A stretch of DNA of 64,000 nucleotides from Octopus vulgaris (taxonomy: Eukaryota): assembly GCA_951406725.2 (NCBI GenBank), contig OX597814.1, positions 59,830,001 through 59,894,000 on the forward strand. Direction: 5' to 3'. Both the position numbers and the translations under genes were made by a program. Each line of letters begins with the position of its first letter. The first letter of the stretch is position 1. Below the pieces are notes generated by a model that saw only the letters and a list, made by a program, of their open reading frames with translations, did not search any database and had not been told where the DNA came from. Shown piece by piece: positions 52,895 to 64,000 of this stretch.

Positions 52895-54189
52895 CATACA
52901 TACATACATACATACATACATACATACATACATACACAAACACACATATATGAGAACAAGAAGCACCAAACCATAATATATAGAGCACTATATTACTAGG
53001 GGAAATATGTAGTATAATATATATGGATATAAGGTATAAGGAATTATAGCCTACCAGCTACACTAAATAGTTTAAGACTATAAAAATCACTTGAATGTGC
53101 TGAGACATTCATTTCCGTTTTATTGAAAAAAAATTTATAAAAATATATCTTTTTCGTTTCTTATAAAGTGCATAAATATTAGAGCTCCAAAATGAGATAT
53201 ACCCTAAGATATTTCAAATGTTAATTGTAGAAATATCAAATGATCTTAATTGAAAGTTTGAAACGTAAACACCTGAAGTTAAAAATTTGACACATAAGCA
53301 GCCTGGGAAGACAGAGCATATAGGGAATAAATAACATGAAGAATAATAAAAAGAAAAATATATTAAAAAAAACGATGACGTACACATGTGTTTATGTGTT
53401 GTAAGCTCTTAGGAGCTAGAAATGGGAAGGTACTGAATACCTGTTAATAAGAGAAATGCTCACAGTGCCTGCAATTCCATAATGTTTCTGAGCTAAGGTC
53501 TAAATATAATTATTGCTTACCTTCCATTTCTTCTGCTCAGCTTATATCAATTGTTTCATTCATGCATGAATTTTCCATTTCACGTCTCAATTGGAACATT
53601 TTATAGAGATGAAGTTGTTTTTGCATCATTTTACTGTTGTGGAAGTATGACAAAGATTTTGAAACACAGGACTATTGGTACCATAATAGAAAAACTGCTA
53701 TGTGTGAATTTATTCCTCCATCTCTCTATCTCCAACTCACTTGCTGTACCCCTCTCTCTCTCTCTCTGCCCCTCCTTCTCCCCGTCCTCTCTTTTTGTGT
53801 GCACACATACACACATATATGTATATATGTTTATCATATACAGATTATATGCATATATGTATGTGTATTATAATATATGTATGCATATTATGTATATATT
53901 ATTTACAAGGCCTGGGATTTTGGGTTAGTGAGGAAGGCGATTACATCGATTCCAGTAATAAACTGGTACTTATTTCATGCCTGCTGAAAGGACTAAAGGA
54001 AAAGTAAACCTTAAATCTTCTTTATCCAGTGGTTTAGATCATTACCTCATAAGGATAAATGCAAGTTCATACAAGCGGACATTGATTAATACTATTGTAG
54101 CGTTTCACTCATTCTTTTTAACAAGGCCCTCATTTACATACTTAAACATTCGGATCTCAATTGGACTGATGCTGAAATAACCCTAACAC

Positions 54190-55170
54190 TCTTTCATACT
54201 GTAATTAAATTGATGGAAAATTATGAGCCCGTAAGGACTCTCACGATAATTTTGATATCCCGATAGGGCCAAGTGACTCGGCCGAGTAACTCTCCTCGTG
54301 GGATGTAATTTATTCTCTTGCTTCCAGCATTTTTCCCCTTTCTTTCCGATGGTTTCTAAAGAGTTGATGCTCTGCTTGATGATCCCGGGCGGTAATAATA
54401 GCGAAGTTGAGTGGTATAGAAAACGAATTAGCTCCATTCTTTAGGAACCTAGGCTTTAGTGTCTATTTTAGTTCTAACCTTAAAACCGCAGACTACCTAG
54501 CTGATACCTTAGATCTCGATAACTATTTTCATCCAAAGCAAAAACCGGGGGAGAACCTTAAGTACATAATCTTGCTGTCCAATCAACCTCTCTTTCCTAC
54601 ATTGAGTATTTTATAAAATTTCTTCCCTATCAGTCAATAACAAAATCTTTGACTAATACACCCATTATTATATCAGTGGGCTCAGTAGAATTGGCTATAG
54701 TAACCAAGCTATATATATTCGAATCTGGAAGGATACTCGTCCTTCAGTATCCGACACCGGGGATATCTCTACTTCTATAGCGGATACTGAAGGCATCATA
54801 ATTACCCCTTTCCTTTATGCCCTAATGTATGATAATCGTGTTAGTCTAATAGACACTCTACTAGCGATAGGATACCCTGTCTGAACTCTACCACCGCCCT
54901 TCGGCACTTCTAAAATTTGCTTTCCTGTTGTAACTTATATGGTGGAAGCTCCTTAAAACGCGGCGGACAAACTAAAGCCCGTGACAAAATCTGATTTCAT
55001 CCCGCTCCATTATCTCTTAACATCCAAAGTAGGTTACCTAAGTGAATTTTCGTCTTGTTAGAAAAACACTTCCCCAGGACTAACATGTTCAGAAAAATAT
55101 ATGTAACCGCCAACCTATCAAGTTGTCCTATTTGACTACTAAGCTGATATTATAAGCCTTCATTTCAAGT
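54190..55170 (+). mobile_element. Penelope-like element RT C-terminal remnant
   Basis: FFRNLGFSVYFSSNLKTADYL..TLDL..FHPKQKPGENLKYI..SNQP; I*FHPAP; LEKHFPRTNMFRKI..IKLSY. Confidence 0.8.
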
Positions 55171-55217
55171 TTTATTATGTTTTATTCTTATGTTACTTTC
55201 AATTATTTTATTTTTCT

Positions 55218-55256
55218 ATCTTCTTCTTCTTCTTCTTCTTCTGATCATTATTATTA

Positions 55257-55326
<70 letters not shown>

Positions 55327-55328
55327 CA

Positions 55329-55360
<32 letters not shown>

Positions 55361-55364
55361 GTTA

Positions 55365-55431
<67 letters not shown>

Positions 55432-55447
55432 TATATATATATATATA
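55218..55447. repeat. (CTT)n(TAT)n microsatellite
   Basis: Direct observation. Confidence 0.97.
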
Positions 55448-56500
55448 TCTTCACTTTATATAGTGTATATGTACACATGCCTACCTATATGCTTACACAC
55501 ACAAGCTCTCTGATATAGAGGAACCTGCACGAGTATACACATACGCATACGCACGCACATATTTATAAACCCATAAATTCAGCCATACATACCGGTACAG
55601 GCATACATATATATAAATAAACTCTTACAAGCATACCTTTTCACACACACATGCACAAGCGCACACACACATATTTTTATTAATATCTAGCCAAAGCACC
55701 ATAATGACTCAAGGTCAGAGTGACTCTTGTCAGTCACTCTGTTACTTCTGCTAAATATTAATAAAAATATAAGTATACTCATATTTTGAGCTCTATTTTA
55801 TATTACATAGGAGGTAATGCGAGATCATGTATATATGCTTAAAAATCTTGATCCAGTATACGTGCGTTTGTATGTACATGTATGCATATGTATGGATGCA
55901 TACATTCTTTTGTATATTTATACGTTTTAGGTTTTCCTTTTTTAGGCCTACGCTTTTTAAAACAATTTGCGCGTGTATGTGTGTTTGTGTTTGCGTTTGT
56001 GTATGTGCGTGTATGTGTGTGTTTGTGTGTGCGTCTTTGCGTATGTGTTTGTATATGTGTTTGTTTGTATATATGTGTTTGAGTGTGTATTTGTGTGTGT
56101 ACTATGCATTTATACATAGTTTATATTCGATGTTAGCTAACTACGTATGTCTTTATTAATATAATCGTTTTATCGTTATGAATTTCACTTTTCTGGGGTT
56201 TTTTCTCCTCTTTATTTATAATTTTATAATGGATATTGCAGAATTCCTGAAATAATTCCGACGGAAATATACTCCAGCCCCAAGTTGCGGATGACACCTG
56301 GTAGCCCAAATCGTGCTAATGTTTTACTCAACACATCAGAACACTAACTGCTATAAACCCATTAGTCCAAAATTTTTTTAATAGTTTCACGTGTTCTGAT
56401 ATAGAACGTGCCTCCACCATTTTCTTATCAATATCTATCTCTATATATAAGTGTATGTATGAGTGTTTGTATATATATATATATATACATACATACATAT

Positions 56501-56539
<39 letters not shown>

Positions 56540-56777
56540 AGTTCACATGTATATTTGTATCCTTTTTTTTTCACACGGAAATTCTAATTGTGGCTCTTAT
56601 TATTCCTGGGATAGCCTTTAGCACATTCTGTCTAGAATTGTGATGCTATCAGTTTTTTCTCACTTACTATCTCTTTCAAGCCCTTGTGTAAAGGAATATT
56701 ATTGCTAGTTCTGCACACCTACCTTTATCATTTGCCTACCATCCATTTTCCTTGACATCTGTTAACACATCAACCTT

Positions 56778-56945
56778 TAAAGAAATAGGTATTTCGTCTG
56801 CCTTTACGTTCTGAGTTCAAATTCCGCGGAGGTCAACTTTGCTTTTCATCCTTTCGGGTTGGATTAAATAAGTACCAGTTACGTACTGGGGTCGTTCTAA
56901 TCAACTGGCCCCAAAATTTCGGGCCTTGTACCGAGATTAGAAAAG
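56778..56945 (+). mobile_element. SINE family B, right unit of the dimer (5'-truncated)
   Basis: Starts at the junction aaagaaataggtatttcgtctg; short tail aaatttcgggccttgtaccgagattagaaaag. Confidence 0.88.
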
Positions 56946-57896
56946 GATTTGGGCTTCGTGTTTCTCTTTTCTTTAACTTGCCATTCACGATCGCCACCCA
57001 CATGTCGGACGATGTAAACAACGTAGACGCAATAGGACCACATGTTTGGTTAAGCTGGTTTTGTGTATCTTAAAATTTATGTGAAGTGCATTGCTGTACC
57101 ATGAAACGTTCGCATTTCGCGTCTTACCTATTCCATCCCTCACATATTACTTATGTTTATCTGCACTTTTAGCAACCGAGGTTGCTAACCCGTGACCATC
57201 AGCTTATCGAAATTCTCTTTTAATTTCAATATAGGACGAAGTGTGAAACGTGCGATGTTAATAAATTTGTATGACGAGTGACAGTGTATGACAAGAATTT
57301 AAGACCCAAAGGCAAGTAGATCATCCCACGTGATTTCTCAAATTTTCAGTCTCCCTCAATCTGCTTTGGCTGTTGCTATGGAACCCAGTTTGCAACAGAA
57401 AATCTACCCTGTGCAGTGTGTTATGCAATTGCATCGTATTAGGTTCAGCTACATATTAGGCACTTATATCTTAACATACACTTTGTTACATCACACATGC
57501 GTATGCCTGAGCGTATATTTGTTAGCACCTGCGTTCATCCGCTGTGTGCATCTTAGTACAGAGATGTACTGATATTTAGAAAGAATGATTAATTTTGTCT
57601 GCAGAATTGATTCTTTCTAACAGGCTTTATGACTTGCCTTTATTAGATTTCAAACGAATTAGCTGATTTACAATCCAGTTTTCTGGCACTACTCATGCTT
57701 ATAAGCGAGATTATATATTCAAGTGTATAAGTTTATTTATAGATTATCAGTAAGCATGGTATTTCAGTTCTTTAGTAAATTAATACACTTCGGATTTGGA
57801 TGTACTGTAATGCAAATATAATACACATCGTATAACTAAACGTAAGATACACACATTTACTGACTCTCTTTCCTCTCCCTCTGGCTCCTCCCTCTG

Positions 57897-58000
<104 letters not shown>

Positions 58001-58248
58001 CCATCTATCTCACTCTTTTATTGTCTATCAAAAAGATGGTGGTAGCACACTTAGAATTGACTGTAGAACTCACGTTTGTCTGTATTTAGTGCAGCAGTTG
58101 AGATGACGATTGTTTTAACCATTTAGCTAAAGTTAACTATGCGTGAATTTGCATACTAAAACCGCAGGCATACTTATTGTTAGCACTCCTGTAAATTTCT
58201 AGGATACATATCCGGGGACAAGTACTTCTCTCTCTCTCTCCCTCCCTC

Positions 58249-58304
<56 letters not shown>

Positions 58305-58358
58305 ATATGCATGTATGTACAATTGTTTATATATAGATATATCATATATATGTATATA

Positions 58359-59875
58359 CACTACTATCCAAAAGTTTAAGATCACCTACGAAAATTTGTT
58401 TCAAAGTGAAATTTTTAGTTTAATGTCATTGATTTAGATAATTTTTAGGTATAACAATATGAAATAACGCATTGCATAAATTTGGGGTTTATTCGATATG
58501 GATTAACACCATTTATACATATTTTATATATTTATAAACCTATTTCTTGGCGGCAAGAAAAAGGCATTTTAGCGTCCACTTTTTGACAATGTTGCAGTAC
58601 ATTTTGAATATTTACTATGTGTTGTCGGTTGAAATGATATCGTTTAATAACTGCGTTAACTGTATTATTGTTCTTTCAGGTTCAATTATTAAAAACAAGT
58701 CAAATTAGTGAAATTCCTAAAAATCAATCTAAATGTGAGAAAAAAATGTAATTTATCACCTGAAAAGAGACAAAGGATTGTCACATTGCATAGTGACGGC
58801 TATTGTTTTCGAGATATAGCCGAAAAAGTTAAAGATTCCAACACTGCCATCTGCTCCGCTATTGTATGGTATGATGAATTAAGGAAGAATAACGACAGAA
58901 CTCACTCAGGTCGTCCAAAAGTGATTTCTAAATCACGGGATAAGTTCATCAGTGTCACCAGTCTTCGAAATAAGCGCCTGCTAGCAAATGAAGTCACAGC
59001 ACAAGTAAGTGAAGGCGACGAAATTAACGTGTCTCCTACAACTGTGAGGCGAAGACTCATTGTTGCTTCGATGTAAGCAAATCATATGGGCCAGAAAACA
59101 CCAAACTTGGACCGTTGATCAATGGAAACGAATCCTCTAGACTGATGAATCAAAGTTTGAAATCTTCAGATCCCAGCATAGATTTTATACGTGGCGAAGA
59201 ATTGCTGAAGGGCTAACTACTGGCAGTATAGTTCCAAACACTAAAGCATGATAGGGTAAATATGATGATCTGGAGGTGTTTTGCAGGGCATAGTGTTCGG
59301 GGATATTCATCGTCTGACAAGAATACTGAACCTAAAAGGATATCGCTGTATCCTCCAGCGTCATGCCATTCCATCTAGGACGAGGCTGATCGGTGATATT
59401 TCATGCTGATGCAGGATAACGATCCTAAGCATACTTCTAAGCTATGCAAAAACTATTTACATTAGAAAATGGATGGAAAATCTTGACGGTAATGTCCATC
59501 CCAATCCCCCGATTATAATCCCATCGAAATTGTGTGGAGTGAATTGGACTGAAGTGTCAAAAATCGACAACCAACAAGTGCAGAAATCCCCTGAACACTC
59601 TTACAAAAGGAGTGAAAAAATACCAGTGAATATATACCTCGATTGCTCGAAAGATGCCCAGATTCAGAATCGCAGTGATCAAGGCCAGAGGTGGATATTT
59701 CGATGAGCCTATGTATTAGAGATTTTCTTTGATTTCTCACAGTTCTGATTAGTTGCTGAGTTGATTATGTCATCCAATGAATGTAACTATACATTAATAA
59801 AATATTTCTCCAAAATCTCTCAATTATTTCCATTATGTAGGTTTTTTCAAAATAAGTTTTGGATAGTTATGGATG
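58359..59875 (+). mobile_element. Tc1-like (DD34E) transposon, near full length, inactivated
   Basis: TA-CACTACTATCCAAAAG left TIR and ttttggatagt right TIR; SGRPKVIS, VSPTTVRRRL, TDESKFEIF, MQDNDPKHTSK, SPDYNPIE; stops and frameshifts. Confidence 0.93.
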
Positions 59876-60121
59876 TATATGTATATACATACACACACTC
59901 ATATATATATATAAATAATATGTACAATTGCGAGTGAAGATGTGTACGTTTTCATAGTGACGTATAAGTACGCACGCTGGTCCGCGAGCACACGTGTGAG
60001 CTTATGACTAGCCGTGTTTTACTATGAAATTTTAATCTTATTTTATATAAGTAGCAGAATTATAACACAGTACTTTCCCTTTATATAACGGTATTTTTTC
60101 ATAGCGTTTTTTCAGATGGCC

Positions 60122-60172
60122 AGATAACTGAAGAGATTTCCACTTCGGCATCTGAAACTCAGAGTTTTATCT
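60122..60172 (+). ncRNA. Type I hammerhead ribozyme motif in a short insert ending at (TA)n
   Basis: AGATAA-CTGAAGA-GAT(TTCCACTTCGGC)ATC-T-GAA-ACTCAGAGT-T/TTATCT; perfect 6-bp stem I; same stem III as the 29.1-kb pair. Confidence 0.75.
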
Positions 60173-60276
60173 TGACTATCAAGTAATTGTACATAATATT
60201 TTATAGATAAATTTCCTCTATTTACATAATATTGAGGTATCTTTCTTTCTTTTGTTATCTTACCGTTTTTACCAAT

Positions 60277-60307
<31 letters not shown>

Positions 60308-62486
60308 CGTCTTTCAGTGTCACCAATATGATATTAAATAAATAAAATTATACTATGTTTTGGCTTGATACTATCGTCTGTTCCCTTCACTAAATTGCAT
60401 GGCTTACATGTTTGTAGAGGCATAAACAGCGGTTGTTAGATGAATATTGCAGTGCAGGATGGTAAACGGAGTTTTGATTTCTCTTTACATTCGGAGTACA
60501 AATGCTGACGGGACCACCTTTGCCTCTTATCCTCCCGTGTCTTTGAAGTATTGATGGTGATTATTCTGGCTATGCTGTCACTAAAAGTTTGTCTCCTTGT
60601 GTCTGTATTATGCTACAATTCTTAAATAAGGTTCGTAGAGCGGCTATATAACAAGAGCTTTGCTCAAAATGCCTCTCATTATGTATGTATTTCTTATTAC
60701 GTTGCGCATTTAAATCACTCCGAGATCAAACTCACGATTCAGCATTTTCAAGGAAAATAAGCAAGCATCAGAAATATAGTGCGGTGGACACAATCAACAG
60801 AAATTTCCGTAAAGATTTCGGGCACGATAAATTAATATGATATAATAATTAGTAGATTACATTTTAAAAGTATCAAAGACCCAAATATTAATTTCACGAT
60901 TGTTTTATTTGAATTTTTCATTACGTATACTTAAGATGCACCTCGAGAAGAAAGGATACTACTCAACAAAATCCAGGTGGTGGTGTTATATTGGAAGATT
61001 GGTATTTATGTTTTAAAATTGTTCACTAGATCTGTACTGCAATTAGGCAAATGTTGGAAATAAATAAGGCTAGAAACACATATCGCAATATTCATTCTTT
61101 TTAAAGAAATTCATAAATCTTGCACGATTTATGGATGCAACTCAACAATGTAAATCGATCGATCGAACGAGGAAGCATTCCAATGGTCGTTTGACTTACC
61201 GGATCAAATTTCCAAAGTTCACGGCCTCCAAACTCACAAAATTAATGGCGTATTGAATATTTAATCATTCAAATATAAATGTAACCAAACGATTATAGAT
61301 GGAGCGTTCTGAAGCTCTGCTGTATTCTTTCAAAGGTTACCTGCGAATAACCAAAAAATAAACAAACACAATCTAGTAACGGACATCGTGATATGAAATC
61401 TGACAAAGGAGTGCAATGTATAGAATATTGTGTATATTCATATATTCATACATACAAATAATCTATATAGTGCACAGTTATTACAATAACTGTGCACAAT
61501 CCTCAGATATACCTACAGTCACACTCATACACAAGCACAGTCATTATTACAAAACAGTATAATTCCATATTCTATATCTTACTTCAGTTTCAAACAACAA
61601 AATATAACTTTATACTAGATATAATAGTTTTAAGATTCAAGGTGTAAAATTTATTGATGTTATCCCTAAAAGTGAATGAGCGCATTAAATTAGGAAAGTT
61701 TAAGTTAATATCAAAATTGTTAAAAACCTGGCATAATTATTTGTTTACAATATCTGCAACAACAATACAAACATTATATAAAGTAGCAAAACCAAAACGC
61801 TAAGGGAAATTAAATTGAGATACTTAGTATATCAAGCGAATTTTTATTATATAGAAATTTAAAAAGCAGTATAAATTTGAAAATATTTATATACTATAGA
61901 ATTTATCGCATAGTTAAATGTATATAGAAATATAGTTTCTAGTATTGCTCTAAAATATGTTCGGAATAATAACCCCCGAGAAATATTGTTTACTAACTAA
62001 TAAAATAATATGCCTACTTGCTAATTGGATATCTTCCAAGTTTTCTATAAACATACGTACGTAACATAAATGCATACATAAACACAGACAAACACAGGTA
62101 CATAGATACACACACATATATATACACACACACATATATATGCATATATATGCATATTTATATATGTATGTATATATGTATGTAAGTATGTATGTATACG
62201 CAATCTCCCACTTGTATATAGATTTACCAATGTTTGTACCAGAAATGTTATGTAAGATGACATAGACCATATTACTTAATTAACTATATTACAAAACACC
62301 GGTTAACTTATGAGTGATATATCGTTGGCTCAAATGAATTTCAAATCTTAGTTATTCACTATTATTAAAGTTACTTATATATGAAAACAGAGAATACCAA
62401 TGGCAACCGAAGAATGGTCTGTAATTGTGGATATCCAGTTGGAAATGTAAATGACTTACATGAGGTTGTGCTATAAAATGAAGGAA

Positions 62487-62527
62487 AGATTAATGTTTCG
62501 AGCGAACTCGCTTCTATTATCAGTTCA
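62487..62527 (-). ncRNA. Decayed hammerhead-like motif
   Basis: CTGATAA-TAGA-AGCGA(GT)TCGCT-C-GAA-ACAT-T; G8A change and stem I lost. Confidence 0.35.
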
Positions 62528-62645
62528 AAAACATGCATAGATATGTTCACACATGCGCGCATGCACATATAAACATATATATATGTATGTACGTATGTAT
62601 ATATATATATATACAGATCATACACACACAAACATATATATATAC

Positions 62646-62698
<53 letters not shown>

Positions 62699-62699
<1 letters not shown>

Positions 62700-63191
62700 T
62701 AGCTTAAGGTGACCCGGTCTACGCACGAGTGAGTGTGTGGTTGTTACTTTCTGTTGCTTCCTTTCTGTTTCTTATCGCCACATTCTCCCTCTTTGTTTCT
62801 CTCTCCTTTCTCACTTTCCCACTCTCTTACTCTTCCTTTCTCTCGGACTCTCCCTCGGTTTCTCTTACTCTTTATCTTTCTCTATCTATCTCTCTCCAAT
62901 TTATAAAAAATTGGATTTCGCGTTTAAATTACAGATCCACTTCCACTTTACCATGTTGAAAATTTGATTGAAATCCGGCAAAAGGTGTCTGATCTTGATC
63001 CCCAAGTGTCTTCCAAAATCAATAAAATCCCAGTTTCACACCAAAGCAACCACTGTAGCACCCCAAAACTTCTCCCAATCAATTTCCCGCCTCAAATTAC
63101 CCCCTCCTTTAATCCCCTTCCAGCCACATTTAGACCCCTTTTTGCATAAAAATTCATTTTGTATCAATGTTCGCCTTCTTCATTTTATAGA
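62699..63191 (-). mobile_element. Non-autonomous Helitron
   Basis: Minus strand: A|TCTATAAAATG start, subterminal GC-rich CTCGTGCGTAGACCGGG and CTAG|T end; no TSD; abuts (TA)n. Confidence 0.7.
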
Positions 63192-63299
63192 TTAGACATA
63201 TATATCTGGCATTGCTCGGGATTAAAATAGTTTATTATTGTTTTACTTGTTTCGGTATTATAACCCGATTTCATTCGGGTATACGCAGGCCACATTTTA

Positions 63300-63560
63300 A
63301 AAGATGAGGAATTTTGCCGTAGAAGCCATGCTTTTCAATTGAGTGATGATGGTGGTGGTGGGGTTGGGGTGGTAGTCTGGGTGATAGCCGAGGCAGTCAG
63401 TGATGACGGTGAGAGTGAGTGAAGTGAAAGACAGTGTTGATGGTGGTGGAGAGGAAGGCGGCTAAGTCAAAGATATTCTTGGTGGTGGCATCACAGGGCT
63501 GAATGGTATGTATATGGCAGAGTTGGTGGCGATGATGGTGATACTGTTGTTGGACATGCA
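63300..63560 (-). mobile_element. Possible decayed PLE linker fragment
   Basis: QPCDATTKNIF resembles the LQxDPTTxxIF motif of PLEs. Confidence 0.3.
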
Positions 63561-64000
63561 ACTTTACAATAAGTTCCAAGTTCAGAAATTATATCATTGC
63601 TTTGATGAAAATTGTTTACTGCTTGAAAAATATTGTTCAAGTTTAATATACAAAGATTTGATAAACTAGAGTATAAATTAACTCTGACCCCCAAAAGCAG
63701 TCACGAGCTAGATCTCTAGCAAGTCTTTTCTTCCTGATACCTTAGTAGCTTTTAAGCTGAAGTGAAGACAGAATTTTCTTTGTCTATCTCCTTACGTTCT
63801 TTGAGGTTTTAGGTAAAACTGTACTAATGTGTCCATCTGTTTTTATTTAATTTAATTCTATGTCTTTATGCAGCTGATGATTGCTCTGCATTTAAATTGA
63901 TGTAATGATTGCATTGTTAAATTAAATGGAGTTGCTTGAAGTGATCATACTGCATTACCTCTGGATATCCTTGTTGCTTATTTTGATTTTAATCACCTTA

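Noticed and set aside
54741-54793. 13-bp inverted repeat ccttcagtatccg/cggatactgaagg containing CTGAAG
   Set aside because: No GAAA or stem III follows; it is a local hairpin inside a PLE remnant.
63959-64000. Possible minus-strand exon end KVIKIKISNKDIQR followed by GTAATG
   Set aside because: Truncated by the window edge and too short to support.

Overview
AT-rich, repeat-dense animal genomic DNA. The two dominant tRNA-type SINE families and the very high density of (TA)n/(CA)n/(TAA)n/(TATG)n microsatellites suggest an octopod cephalopod (inference). Almost all ORFs in the track are microsatellite artefacts or decayed transposon fragments. Content: R4/Dong-type RLE LINE remnants sitting in (TAA)n tracts, RTE and CR1-like LINE remnants, many Penelope-like element (PLE) remnants (RT and GIY-YIG), Tc1/mariner/pogo DNA transposon fossils, a hAT-type MITE, Helitron-like ends and about 20 SINE copies. 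There is one good candidate host-gene exon on the minus strand (12393-12685, poly-Asp plus Pro-rich) and a few weaker ones, so the window is probably mostly intron. The most striking unexplained structure is a set of about 12 minimal type I hammerhead-ribozyme (HHR) motifs in short non-coding inserts, mostly within (TA)n arrays. Six form three divergent inverted pairs (long fold-back palindromes at 28.6, 29.0 and 43.7 kb). The three palindromes carry three different Watson-Crick versions of the catalytic-core 3-8 pair (G3-C8, C3-G8, U3-A8), which argues for selected ribozyme structure. All calls are by eye; no search or folding program was run.
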